Notes under the pieces: generated by a model | Told to the model about the DNA's origin: nothing | Seen by the model: the letters and a program-made list of their open reading frames with translations, nothing else | The model's database searches: none | Position numbers and translations under genes: made by a program | From: the human T2T-CHM13v2.0 reference genome, Homo sapiens | DNA length: 64,000 nt | Strand: one strand, 5' to 3' | NCBI RefSeq assembly: GCF_009914755.1 | Contig: NC_060927.1 | Part shown: piece after piece, positions 12,761 to 26,666 of the stretch | Position numbering within the stretch: position 1 is the first letter of the stretch | Layout of the letters: the number at the start of each line of letters is the position of its first letter

Positions 12761-15700
12761 TTTGGTATTTGTACAAATGTATGAGGTACAGGTTAAATTT
12801 TGTTACATGTATGTAATGCATACTCACACATTTAGCGTATTTAGGGTTCCATCACCTCAGTAAAATACATTTATGTGAAGTATAGTCACCCTACTCTACT
12901 TTCAAACATTAAATTTATTCCTTTGGTCTCGTTCTATATTTGTAGACTTTAGCCCACTTTTCTTCATCATCCTCCCTGTCCCCCACTCACCCTTCCCAGT
13001 CTCTGTTATCTATTTTTCACTTTCTACCTCTATGTGATCTAATTTTTTAGCTCCCACATATGGCTGAGAATATGCAGTATTTGCTTTTCTGTGCCTGGTT
13101 TGTTTGATGTAAAATAATGATCTCCAGTTCTATCCATGTTCCTGCAAATAACATGATTTCATTAATTTTTAATGGATGAATAGTATTACAGTGTGTGTGT
13201 GTTCGTGTATGTGTGTGTGTTTAGGTAGATATATACACACACGTATACATATACATATATATGTGATATATAATATATATTATAAAATGTGATATATATA
13301 TATACATATAACATTTTCTATATTCATTCATCCATTGATAGACAAGTAGGTTGATTCTGTATCTGTGCTATTGTGATTAGTGCTGCAATAATAAGCTTGC
13401 AACTGCAGGTCTATCATTGAATATATTGATTTCTTTTCCTTTGATAGATTCATCATAGTTGGATTGCTAGATTGATTGGTAGTTTTGTTTTTGGTTTTTT
13501 GATAAGTCTTGGAACTGTTTTCCACAGTGGCTGCACTAGTTTTCATTCCCACTAACAGTGTATAAGAGTTCACTTTTCTGAATATTCTCACAAATAACTG
13601 CTTTTTTGTCTTTTTAATAGTAGCCATTCTAACTGGGGTGACATGATATCTCATTGTGGTTTTGATTTCCATTTACCTGTTTATTAATGATTTTGAGAAT
13701 TTTTTATATATCTGTTGGCATTTGAAGTTCTTTTGAGAAATGTCTGTTCATGGCTATTGGCAACTCTTTAATGATATTATTTGTTTTGTTTTGTTTTTCC
13801 TTTTGAGTTGTTTGAGTTCCTTGTGTAATCCAAATATTAGCGCCCTATCAGATGAACAGATTGCAAATATTTTCTCCCATCCAACAAATGATCTCTTCAC
13901 TATGTTGATTATTCTTTTTTTCTGTGAAGAACATTTGTAGTTTAATTATGTCATGTTTATTTATTTTTGTTTTTGTTGCCTGTGCTTTTGAGGTCTTTGT
14001 CATAAATTTTTTGCCTAAACTAATGTTCATTAAGAGTTTTCCCTAGGTTTTCTGCAGGCATCTTACAATTAATTCTTTAATCCAATTTGAGGTAAGTTTT
14101 TCATATATGTTAAGAGATTAGGTTCGCTTTTATTCTTCTGCATGTATTATAATTACCCAGTTTTTCCAATATCATTCATTGAAGAAGATGTACTTTCCCC
14201 AATGGAAGTTCTTGTCAGCTTTGTCAAAAATTATTTGGTTGTAAGTATGCGGCATGATTTCTGGGTTCTCTATTGTGTTCCATTTGTGTATGGGTCTATT
14301 TTTATACCAGTTCCATAACCGTAGCATTGCAATATATTTTAAAGTCAGGTAATGTCATACCTGTAGCTTTGTCCGTATTGCTCAGTATTGCTCTGGCTAC
14401 TCAGGATCTTTTTTTTTTTTTTTTTTTTTTGGTTCCATATACTTTTGGGGATTGTTTTCTAATTTCATGAAGAATGGCAGTATTTTGATAGAGATTGCAC
14501 TAAATCTGTGGCTTGTTTGGGGCAATAGTCACTTTAACAATATTAATTCTCCCAATCCATGAAAATGGGATATTTTTCCATTTGTTTATGTTATATTTAA
14601 TTTCTTTCATCAAAGCTTTCTAGTTTTCCTTGCAGAGATCTTTCACTTCCTTGGTTAAATTTATTCCTAAGTGTTTTATTTTTTTGCAGGGGTACTACAA
14701 GTGGGATTGTGTGCTTAATTTCTTTTTGGCTAAGTCATTATTGATGTGTTGAAATATTACTAATTTTTGTATGTTGATACTGTATCCTGCAACATTTTAA
14801 AATTAATTTATCAAATCTAAGATTTTTTCATGGAGTATTTTTGACCTTCTAGATATAAGATGATATTATCATCAGAGAAGAATGATTTGACTTTCCCTTT
14901 TTCAAGTTGGGATCCCTTTTATTTCTTTCTCTTATGTGGTTCCTCTGGCTAGGAATTTCAGATCTATGTTGAATAAGAGTGGTAAAAGTGGACATCTTTG
15001 TTTCTTTCCAGTTCTTAGAAGAAAGCCTTCTGCATTCAGTATAATGTCAGTTGTGGTTAACTATCTATGGCCTCTATTATGCTGAGGTAGATTCCTTCTA
15101 TACCTACTTGGTTTAATTTTTATCATTAAAGGGAGATGAATGTTATCAAATGTTTATCTTCATCTATTGAGATGATCATTTGGTTACTGTCCTTCATTCT
15201 GTTGATGTAATGTCTCACATTTATTGAGTCATATATGTTAAACAATTATAGCATCTCTAGTATAAATCTCATTTGACTATCATATATTTGACTATGGTAT
15301 ATTTTCATTGTATTTGCTGTTAGATTTGGTTTCTTAGTATTTTGCTGAGAATTTTGCATGTATACAAGGGATATTGGCCTGTAGCTTTCTTTTTTTGTGT
15401 GTGTCCTTATTTCTTTTTCAAATCAGAGTGATGCTGGCCTCATGGAATAAATTAGGAAGAATTCTCTGCTCTACAATTTTTTTTTAATAGATTCAGGAGA
15501 ACTGTATTAGCTCTAGTTTGTACGTTTGGTAGATTTTGGCTGTGAGTCTATTTGGTTCTGTCTTTTTATTGTTGGAAACTTTTTATTACTCATTCAATCT
15601 CAAAATCCATTATCGTTCTGTTCAGGTTTTCTATTTCTTCCTGATTCAATCTTGATAGGCTGTATGTTTCCTGGAATGTATCACTCTTTTCTAGCTTTTC

Positions 15701-18700
15701 TAGTTTGTGAGCATATAGTTGTTCATAATAGCCTCTGATGATCTTTAGTAATTATGTAGTATCAGTTATAATGTCTCCTTTTTTTGTTGATTTTGTTTAT
15801 TTGGGTCTTCTCTTTTCTTGATTAATCTAGTCAGTGATTTATCATTGCCTAAAATCCTTTTGAAGATCCACCTTTTCATTTCATCAATCCTTTGTATTTT
15901 TTAGTCTCTATTTTAACTATTTCTAACCTGATTTTCATTTTTTTCTTCTACTAACCTTTGATTTTGTTTGTTCTTGCTTTTGTAGTACTTTGAGGTACAT
16001 TGTTAGGTTGTTAATTTACAATTTTTTCTACTTTTATAAGGTAGGCATTATTGCTATATATTTCCCTCTCCTCACTGCTTGTGCCGTATCTCACAGCTTT
16101 GGTATGTTGTGTTTCCATTTTCTTTTGTTTCAAAAGTGTATTTGTATAGTTTGCAAAGTTCCTCTTGGTGTTAATATCTAGTTTTATTTTCTTGGGTTTG
16201 AGAAGATACTTGAAAAAATTTGATTGTTTAAAATTTGTTGAGACTTGTTTTGTGACCCAAAATATGATCAATGGTGAAGAATGTTTCATATGCTGATGAA
16301 GAGAATGTGTTTTCTGTAGTTGTCAGAAGATATACTCTATAAAAGTCTGTTAGGTTCATTTGGCCTAATAGCCAGTTTAATTAAAGTCCAATGTTTCTTT
16401 GTTTGTTTTTAATCTAGATTATCTGTCTTATGCTCAGTAAGGTGATGATGTAAACTATTAAGTTGAGGGATCCTGTTTTGTTTTTATTTTTTCCACGTAG
16501 TCAGTCTATATCTTTTAAGTGAATAATTTAATCTCTTTAAATTTTTAAGTTATTATTGATGTGTCTTTGTTCCTGTTGTCTTATTGTTTTTTGGTTATTT
16601 TGTATATTCTTTGTTCCTTTTATTTCTCTAATTGATTGTCATTGTAGTTTGGTGGTATTCTTGATGTGGTACCCTTTGGGTGCTCTCCCCTCCTCCTTTA
16701 TGTGATTTCTTTACCAGGAAGTTTCATACTACTTATTATGATGATAAGCATCATTCTTTTGCCTCCAGGGTTAGGATTCCCTTGAGCATTGCTCATAGGA
16801 CCAGTCTCATGGTAACAAATTCCCTTAACCATTGCTTCTTTCAGAAAGACTTTATTTCTCCTTCACTTATGAAGAATAATTTTACTGGTTATAATAGTCT
16901 TGGGTGTTTTTTTTCAGCATTTTAAATCTATTATTCTATTCTCTTCTGGCCTGTAACATGTCTATTGAGAAACCCTCTCTCTAGTGAAGTTTCTCTTATA
17001 GGTGACTAGATGCTTTTCTCTTGCTGCTTTACATTTTGACTTCAGACAGTCTGACTATAATGTGCCATGGAGAAGACCTTTTTGCATTGTATCTAACTGT
17101 GATTCACTGAACTTCCTGTATGTGAATATCTAAGTGTCTTGCTACACTTGAAAGGTTTTCATCAACTACTAAGTTAAAAAGATTTTCTAGTTTTTTTCTG
17201 TGTCTTTTTGCCCTCAGGGATGAAAGTAATTCAAATATTTGATTGGTTTATCTTGTCACAAATGTCATAAGGATTTTTCTCATTCACTTTTATTTTTTTA
17301 CTTTATTTTTGTCTGACCAAAATATTTCAGAAGATATGTCTTCAAGTTCTGAGATTCTTTCTTCTGCCTGTTCTAGTCTATTGCTGAAGTCTTCAAGCAT
17401 ATTTTGTATTCTTTTCAATGAATGTTTCAGTTTCAGAAATTCTATTTGTTTGGTACTTTAAAAAATCTATCTTTTTGGCAAATTTTTCATTTATATCCTA
17501 AATTGTTTTCTGATTTCTTTGTATAATTTTTTTCAGAATCATCTTGTAACTCACTGAGTTTTTTAAAAATGAATATTTTGAATTTTTAATTCAGGGTTTC
17601 AAAAGCTTTTATTGATATCTATTGTTTAAGAACTGTTGTGGTCCTTTGGAGGTGTAACATTTTCATGCTGTTTCATTATTCCTATGTCCTTATGTTAATA
17701 TCCTTGAATCTAGTGTACCAGCCACTTCTCCCTATTTTTGAATTTCTTTTCATAGGGAGGGACTTATTCCTAAAAATTAATTTTTAGTGTCGGTTAGATA
17801 GGAAACTTTGGTATTGATTCTGGATACGTACAGTATGTAGTCTCTGTATGATTTCTTTGGCTATAAACAGCATTCATGCTTCCTGTGATTTATTTAGAGG
17901 GTTAAGGTGTGGTTATTAGTGAAGGCAGTTGTAAAGTTGTGCTGGGGACTGAAAAGACAGATGGCCCAGGCTTCAGGCACTAGTGGTAGCAGTGATGGGT
18001 TGAGTATGCCTATGTTTGTGCCCCAGAGTCGTGTGTGTTGGCACCTATATTGGCAGTTACTGGCAAGCTGATTCTTGAGCCTCCAGGTGGACATTGCATA
18101 GGTATCAGTAGTGGCAGCAATGAACAGGCAATCAGGACCCTAGGCAGGTGGCATAGAGTGGGCAATAGCAGTAGCAGTGGAAGCATAACCCTTTCAGTCC
18201 TGAGTGGTGTAGGCCACTGTTGTTGCGGGCTGTGTTGATGATGTAGGTTTTTCTGCCCTCTGTATAAGCAGTGCCGCACCTCCGCTGAGAGGGAGTGGAG
18301 GGACCCTGCCGTTTGTGCCCATGCCCAGGCATAGAGGCTATGCCACTATTGGGGTCATAGTTGCCATTCAGAACCACAGACCAGCAGCCATCTAGTTCTC
18401 CCACCTCAGCCTTCAGAGGCAGCAAGAGTGAGTATGCTGGGGTGGGTAGTGGGTTAGAGATCTCATTCTCTATGCTTAAGTCCCAGCATGAAGGTTCCTC
18501 CACCAGTGGGAGGGAATTTCTCTCTTTGTTTGTAAAGTTAAGCACAGAGTTTTTGCTGCTGCTAGGGGTGGGGTCAGTTCCTACAGCTCCAAGCAGAGAA
18601 CTCTCAGCCTGTGGAAAGCATGTGCTTTGCTTTTCTTTGTCCTGTGTGCTTCCTTTTGTAGCACTGCACCATCCTTTTTCTGGTGAGTAGTGCTCTCTGT

Positions 18701-19305
18701 GGGCTATAATATTAGGGAACTTGCAGCACCTTCTGGTCCAGCCAGCACTGTGCCACTGTTACCCTCTCTCTGGACCCTTGGGAATGTCAGCAGGAGCTCC
18801 TGGGATGTGGAGATTTGGGAACTGTGAATCCTAGGGCTGAGTTTAGTCCTGTGATGGCTATGCTCCCAAAGTGGCACCCTGTTGTCACCAGTCAGGTCTT
18901 GAAGTCAGTGGGAAGAGATTAGTTACACAGAGCAAGCAAGTTTCCTTTCTGGGGTACCCTTATGGGGGTCTCCAAGTCATCACCCACAGTAGTGTCAGGG
19001 TGAGTGTGGGTAGAGGAGCTTTCCAGTGCTTTTAATCCGGCCATCTTTGGTGAGGGTGCCGACAAGCCAAGCTCTTTTTCTCTCTCTTTTACCTTTTCCC
19101 TGTAATACTGAGCTCTTCCAGGCTTCTGGCCAATTTTGGCCAAGCTGACCACTTTTCCTTCTCCTTCTGTGCCTCAAGTATTTCTCATGAGTTCTCTGTT
19201 GGATTTTACTGTTTTATTTTAGGTATTGTTATCTATTCATAATTTTTGTTCTTCTTTCTGGAAAGGGTGGTTCATGACTCTACTCAGCCATCTTGAACCA
19301 GAAAC
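12761..19305 (-). mobile_element. Near full-length (~6.5 kb) L1MA1/2-like element, ORFs disrupted
   Basis: 3'UTR at left, ORF2 peptides (MEIKTTMRYHVTPVRMA; SKAQATKTKINKHD), ORF1-like region near 16.9-17.7 kb, GC-richer 5'UTR at 17.9-19.3 kb ending in GCCATCTTG. Confidence 0.88.
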
Positions 19306-20173
19306 CAGGTTCCTTTATTCTTAATTCTGAACCATGTATCTTTAATTTTTCCTCAGTTTTTTTCCCATTGACTTTTTATTCTTCTTGTATGATTTTCATC
19401 TTCTCAATACTGGCTTTAATATGTCAATCTTCTCAATCTCTTAATTTTTCTTTTTTGCCTGTTTCTTTATTTTCCCATTCTATCTTCATTTTGCTGCACC
19501 TTTGGGGCCATTTATTTATCCTTTTTAGGCTTTTTATTAACCTTTATAAGTTAAGTTTTATGAAATAATATTTTTATATAATGACTCTTGTATGGCTTCT
19601 GGTTCATATGCTATTAAGTTCCTATATCTTTCTGCTGTGTATATGTGTGTGTGCATGTGTGTGCACTTGTGTTTTTAATACAGATAACCTCTATATTTTA
19701 TATATATATGTTTGATAATAACATTAATATATTAGTGTTAGTGTTAAAATAATTAAATATAATAATAAATAATAAAATAAATGATTTTATTTATATAAAA
19801 TATAAATCTATACTTATATGTATTCAGTTTTTTGCCCTTTCTTTAGATAGTTATGGGTGCATTTTCTCTGGATATATCAGCAAATGTCAACCCATTTAAA
19901 TTGGAGAAAGACCAAAGAAATTCTGTGTTGGTCTGATAAGTCTAAGAGGAGGCCCAGGTACCAGTTAAAGACTATTAATTATTTGTTTTTACTGCCATGA
20001 CAACACAAAACTTGGCTGGTAAAAATTTGAGTTTTAGATCCTTAGCATAAAAAAAATAGTAAGAGACAGTCTTTCAATCATCCAATCCAGGGAATTTGGA
20101 CCAAAAATGATCAGAAAAATAAAAGCTCAAGTGTATCTTGCCAGTTTGCATAAAAGCAGACACATCATGCTCC

Positions 20174-20489
20174 TTTTTTTTTTTTTTTCTTGAGACAGAG
20201 ACAGAGTTTCGCTGTTGTCACCCAGGCTGGAGTGCAATGGCACAGTCTTGGCTCACCACAACCTCCGCCTCCTGGGTTCAAGCGATTCTCCTGCCTCAGC
20301 CTCCTGAGTAGCTGGGATTACAGACATGTGCCACCATGCCCAGCTAATTATTTTTATTTCTATTTTTTTTAGTAGAGACGGGGTCTCTCCATGTTGGTCA
20401 GGCTGGGCTTGAGCTCCCGACCTCAGTGATCCGCCCGCCTCGGACTCTCAAAGTGCTGGGATTACAGGTGTGAGCCACCGTGCCTGGCC
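20174..20489 (-). mobile_element. AluS (AluSp-like) with target-site duplication
   Basis: Full dimer with poly-T; GAGTTTCGCT, GTGCAATGGC and CTCCATGTTGGTCAGG; flanks ATGCTCCTTT / ATGCTTCTTT. Confidence 0.95.
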
Positions 20490-21438
20490 TATGCTTCTTT
20501 TATATTACTGAGTGGTCTGGTGGCTGCTGCTATGTTGCTGCAGTGAAGAGACAGGCAATAATTATGCTTAAGCAAATCAGGGGAAAGACAAATTTTCAAA
20601 GAAATCTTCCATCTCCCAAGTTTTTTTTTTTTTATTTTTTTCTTAGTGTTTCCTTTTTTCCCTCCCTCTATCTTTCTCTCTCAACTAGTTCTTGGGATCT
20701 GTGTTTCGCTTTCATTTCTGTAGTTTCTCCAATTTTGATTTTGAGACATGAAACTATTTTAGTTATCCGTATTAGGAGAAACTGCTTAATTCTGTTTAGT
20801 AGCAATATTTTTTAGTTATATATGTTTTATTCTTGAAAAGCAAACTATACAAATGTAGGTTACATACTATGTTAGCACAACTCTGCTATTCCATTGTGTT
20901 GTGGTATTTATCAACATGACTTTACTGCTAAAGCAGACCCTTTTCAAAGAAGATGCAAGTTTCAACAACTTTATTATTCATGTCTGGGATGTGCTACAAA
21001 ACCTACTGAAATGAACAGCAAATTGTTCATCTTTTTTATTCCATTACAATATTTATATTTGATTGATTTCCTGACTCTTCAGAACCCTTGCCTCAAAATT
21101 CTCATTCATTATCATCACAAATATTATTATATCATAATTACTACCCAATCCCAATGAAGTTTCTGGATGTAAAGATCATCTTAAACTAGACTTAAAAATA
21201 CATACAAATCCCAACTTCACTCTCTTCCACTTCAAGATTTTAGCAAGACTCTCTCAAATGAGTCTTCTCCATTGTCACAGAATAAATTTAGATTTTTCTT
21301 ATTAGTTCATTTTAATGGTATTTTGGGAGAACCAGCATCTTGGAAGCCTAGCAAGATCCAGCTGAGACCTCTTCATTGTGAACCAAGATTCTCAATTCAA
21401 AAACAATGCACTCCTCTGAGGTCCCTAGAGATCCCTCC

Positions 21439-21614
21439 CAAGGCAGGCTTGAAGAGTATGTCACCTGTGCGGTCACATAGGGCCCCAAACTTAAAAGGTC
21501 TCTGTGCTTGCATTAAAGCTCTTCTATTGCTATCTTAATTTTTTAACAGTAGCTAGAAGTGGGCACTGCATTTTTGTTTTACACTGAGTCACCCAAACTA
21601 CGTAGTTAGTTTTG
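21439..21614 (+). mobile_element. MER45A-like hAT-Tip100 MITE
   Basis: CACCTGTGCGGTCACATAGGGCCCC...GCATTTTTGTTTTACACTG...ACTACGTAG, ~176 bp. Confidence 0.8.
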
Positions 21615-22994
21615 CTTTACTCACAGAGATATCTATGATTAAGAATAAGATAGAATTTAATGTATGCATTTTTTAGTGTTATTTCTTTTATAAAACCAAA
21701 TGAGAATATTTTATAGCTAAGGAATAATAAAACATTTTATAGAATATTTTGATTCTCTAAAATCTTTTGATTGTCTTGAAAACTTTTATCTTTGGTGACT
21801 ATTTGCCTTATTATTAACAGCTCTACTATTTGTCCTTGTCTGGTTTCGTCACTTTTATTGGTTGTACATCTATAAGACGAAAGTTCTTGGGAGAAGTTGG
21901 GCAATTTTCCTTTGAGACCCACCTAGGTTTTTCAAATGCCAGTTGCATGTATTAAATCAGTTGTTTTCCTGTGTAACTGGAATAAAACATTAGGTGACCT
22001 TTCAGATGGTAAATTCCACAGTGGGCCAGAAGGAAATTTTAACTGCCTATCATATTTTACTTAAAAATAACAACAACAAAAATCTTTTAGGAAAACTATC
22101 TTTTATAACCAAACTATTACAGAAACAGAGCTTGTATGACTTCCTGTTGTAAATCATTTTTTATAAATATTATACTTAAAAAAATGTACAACTAAAGGAA
22201 ATTAGATTATTTAAAATGTAATAATTCTCTTTTTCATAATACTCTTATTTTATGGTAGTATTATGCATTACACATTTTTTTACCTTTATTTTCCAATTTG
22301 TGTCTCTTTTGCTCCAAATGTGCAGAAGACTGTAAAAAAATTCAATAGATAATATTAGTATAAGATAATGCTTTCTAAATATTGTTTCACCCCTCTTTGA
22401 CTCAAAATATAGTTTAATATGTTAATTCTTAAAACACAAAATTCTTTCCAATTTTACTGAGCAAACTTTTGATCAGTTATTAAATTGTACAGAATGATAC
22501 TTAGTTTTCTTATACCTCAATACACAATATATGTTTAGCAACAAAATATATGTTTTTGAAAAGACATGAGTTTTAGAATAAGCAATGCTCCTTTTTAGTC
22601 TGTATATTATTAAAAATAATATCCAGTGTATTTTTAACACTACTGAAAGAAGTTTTAAGTAACTTTGAATCCTGTAAGTCACAGACTTACAGGATATTTC
22701 TCACAGATTTTGCTAAGGCAGAAATAAGCTCATATGCTATTTATTGAGTAAAATAAAACAACATTAAAAACAATAATACCAAGTGTTATTTATTCTTGCT
22801 TCTGTGTTTTTCTATGAAAAATTGATTAGAACATAGAGTCATTTCATTTCTTATTTTTAAATAGATAGACATAGTAACCATGAGCTAATTCTCCATCCAT
22901 AAATTATAATATTTAAAAAGTACATTTATAATTACCTTTTTAATTAAAAATTTATTTTATAATCTACAAATCTTTATTTGATAAATAATAATGA

Positions 22995-23205
22995 TGACTT
23001 GCCATTTATTAAGAGGAGATACTCTGCTAGCTACTTTACAGAGATTATCTGATTTTTTTCTTTACAACAACCTTGTGAGTTAGGTAATATTATTATTTCA
23101 AAGTTGTAGAAACTGAGACTTTTAATAATCACACAGGTGATAATAGGTAGATAGAATATGAAATACCTGAATCTAAAGGCAGGACACTTAAGAACTATGT
23201 TATGG
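22995..23205 (-). mobile_element. MIR
   Basis: ACAACAACCTTGTGAGTTAGGTAATATTATT...GAAACTGAGAC is the reverse MIR core. Confidence 0.75.
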
Positions 23206-24742
23206 CATCTCCCAATAAGACACACAGACAAAATGCCCTATGTTTTCTATGACATACTCATAATAGGATATTAATGATAATTTTAACATTTCTGCCCTTA
23301 GAATATACAATCCGAAATCCAACTAGAGACAATAAGTAGACATTACTATTGTTATCTGGAAAGTGGAGAGTTGGCATTCTGCTCCACCGAGATAACCATG
23401 GGACATTTAGCTGCTTCATTCCAGAGAATACTGGGGATTTTTCAGGGGTATAGGACAGTTGATACAGTAAGTTGGGCTTAATCATATGAGATGTAGAGGT
23501 GCACTTTGATTTATAGTGAGTGGGATGAGAGTTTGAGGGAGGAGCCAAGAGTAAAAGCATAAACATAAGAAGATAACAAATGGTGCTGAAGTTAGGATTA
23601 GAGTACAAGATGAGAATAGGGTAATAGAATGAAGTTAATGGTTGCAAAGAGAAGAGAGGAGGATATTTGGAGAATAAGGGAAGAAAATGTAAACCGAGAA
23701 TTTGTTAGAATTACAAACAGGTGGCAAAAATGAACACAAAATTTACTTAAGCTATTAAATAAATATACAAGATTATCTCTTATAATATACTATAACGTAC
23801 ATTAATATATTATATATAGTTGTAATATAATAAATATATGACAGATAAATATTAAAGAAAAAATGTTTTTCCATTTAGAAGTAAAAAAGCAAGTATTTTC
23901 TCATTACTTTAAGAGATGATATTGATGTATTTAAAGCATAATTACAACAATCAGAAAGGAGATATATTCACAGGTTACATATCAAAGCCCAGATATTACC
24001 ATCCAGATGAAAGGATGTACTAAGAATCCAATATTAATACATCATATATAGATATGAAATTTTAGTTTACAGAAATGAGATTCTGAGATTATCAAATATA
24101 TGAATAATATTGCTGTCTTGCATTGTACATTTATTCTATGCTCATCTTATGTAATTCATATATATAATACAAAAATATATTTCATCATGTAGTAAAACAA
24201 CACACTGACCAAATCAAAATAAAATATTTATCAACTTTATAATTCTAGTTTAATTATAAATTAATAGAAGAATAATTTGTTCTTATACTTTAATACATAA
24301 CAAATTTAGTATGCATAAATCTGCATTTTTTGAAGTTCAAAAATTCAGGAGCACAGAAAACATTGATTTTAAACAGCTGAAACACGAAGAGGTAGTTGCT
24401 ATATTGTAGTCAATCTGCTAGGTAGGGAAATTAGTAATTAATTATGTGAAAATTCTGACAGTAAGGTCATTATTTCGTAGGGACTTAAGCTTAACCTTAC
24501 ATCTACATTTAAATTTCAATTAGATATATTAGCTGTGAGTGATAAACATGAATAAGTGACAAAAGAAATTGCAAAGGAAGAATCCAAGAGAAATACTGAA
24601 ATAAAAGTGGTGTGTCTTGCTGTTAGTAACCAATGCATAAATTTGTACATTAGGTACTTAATAGAATGTAAAAACCAACAAAACTTAAATGAGCAGCAAA
24701 GATAAAACAAGTTCTGTTTTATACACACACACATACAAGTTG

Positions 24743-25144
24743 TTTATAGAGTACTGGGCTTCAGAATCCTTCTGGAGATACATATATATTATATACATAT
24801 GTATGTATACATACGCAAAAATATACATACATATATAGTGTGTATGTGTATATGCACATTTTATGTGCATATATACACATGTATGTATATAGTATGTACA
24901 TATGCATATGCATACATACGTGTATATATACACACATGTATATATACATATAGTATGTGTATATATACATATCTATACATAGCATATGTACACATATGTA
25001 TATGCAAACGTGTGCATACACACACATGCATACTATATATGTATGCATGTAAATTTGGGTGTGTGTGTTTGTGTATGTATACATGAATGTGTATATAATA
25101 TATATGTATCTCCCGAAGGATTCTTAAGTCCAGAACTCCATAAA
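24743..25144. repeat. ~400-bp imperfect palindrome: non-repetitive outer arms around a (TA/CA/TG) tract
   Basis: 24743-24797 matches the reverse complement of 25090-25144 at 50/55; peptide YNIYVSPEGF appears on both strands in the ORF track. Confidence 0.93.
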
Positions 25145-25157
25145 GAAAATGAGTTCA

Positions 25158-25441
25158 CACTTTGGGAGGCTGAGGCAGGTGGATCACCTGAGGTCAGGAG
25201 TTCGACACTCACCTGGCCAACATGGTGAAACCCCATCTTTACTAAAAACAAACAAACAAACAAAAAAATAGCCAGCACAGTGGCATGTACCTGTAATCCC
25301 AGCTACTCGGGAGGCTGAGGCGTGAGACTTGCTTGATCCCAGGAGACAGATGTTGCAGTGAGCTGAGATCACACCACTGCACTACAGTCTGGGAGACAGA
25401 GCAAGACTCTGTCTCAAAAAAAAAAAAAAAAAAAAAAAAAA
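25158..25441 (+). mobile_element. 5'-truncated AluSx-like element with 16-bp TSD
   Basis: Starts at CACTTTGGGAGG; long poly-A; flanks AAAGAAAATGAGTTCA (25142-25157) / AAAGAATATGAGTCCA (25452-25467). Confidence 0.93.
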
Positions 25442-26630
25442 GGAAAAGGAAAAAGAATATGAGTCCAGACTATTCTGAATGCAAATTCTGAAATAAAAAC
25501 ATTTGTTTTACTATGCATGTGCTTACATAAAATTAACTTTAAAGCAGTAAAATGGTCTCCAGTTCCTCCTCACTAAAGAACTTAAAATTATGGTTCCTGA
25601 AATGTTATGACCCATAAATCATGAGAGCAGACTTGTTATAGGTATAATTCAACTACTTAGTCAAGTCCTTTATGGTAAAGTATTAGTTGTAGGTACCACC
25701 CTAAGGCACATAAGTTACAAACCAATGTTTCTCAAATTATTTACTTTCTAAAAAGGAATTTAATCCCTCCAAGAACCTTAAAAATATTGGCTATTGCTTT
25801 GTGTTTCTGTATTTCTCTTTCTATCCTTAAATTTGGATTTGTGTTTCTGGAAGCTATATTTTTTTCTGGGGGTACAAAATTTGTCTGAGATGAGGAAATT
25901 CTCTATTTCTGGAAACATTCAATTTTGTCTTGAAGTCATAGATGAAAATGAATGCTTTACGACACAGAAATTTGAAAAAGAATTACTTCTTATACAAAAA
26001 CATTAAAAATCTTTCTTGCAGCCATGCTCATTCCCTTGTTAAGTACCTTCATGTAATCATCTCAGAAGAAATAAATAAATAAAATTAAAAAGAAAAAGAA
26101 TATTCTTTCATTTCAATAAGAATCTCAACATATGAGACTCAAAGAGGCGGCCCACATCAAAGATCTTGGAACCCTGGTATGGGTTTAACCTGACCAATTC
26201 AACTTATCAATGCAGTCTTACTTCTCTTAGATACTCAAGGAATATTTACCTGCATTGACCTGATGAGCTTTCAGCACTTCTAACCCAGATGTATAGTTGA
26301 ATTACCTCAGGTGGTTAATGGCAAACCAATAATATTTCAGGACAAAAGAAGATAAATATATCTATAACCCATAAATGATGAGATTGGATTGATTATAGCT
26401 ATAATTCTTCCTGCTCAAATTTTCTAGCCTTGAGATCCTAACGCACTTGTCAAAATGGAGAATAGGTAATCCTCTGCGATTTGCTTACATTGGGTTTCTG
26501 CTTAAACTAAAATATCAGATATATTGGTTCTGACTGCTAATGTGAAATGGACACTCTTGTTCAACCATTGTCTCTGTGTCTAGACCAGTGTAGCCGTGCC
26601 AGTAAGTGCTCATAAAACATTTGTCAAAAA

Positions 26631-26634
26631 AAAA

Positions 26635-26665
<31 letters not shown>

Positions 26666-26666
26666 A
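26631..26666. repeat. (AAAT)n STR
   Basis: About 9 AAAT units read directly. Confidence 0.9.

Noticed and set aside
17894-19177. GC-richer ORF cluster as an exon or CpG island
   Set aside because: It is the 5'UTR of the near full-length L1 and is CpG-poor.
12681-19315. TSD for the near full-length L1 (AAATCAGGAT / AAACCAGGTT)
   Set aside because: Too short and diverged to distinguish from chance.
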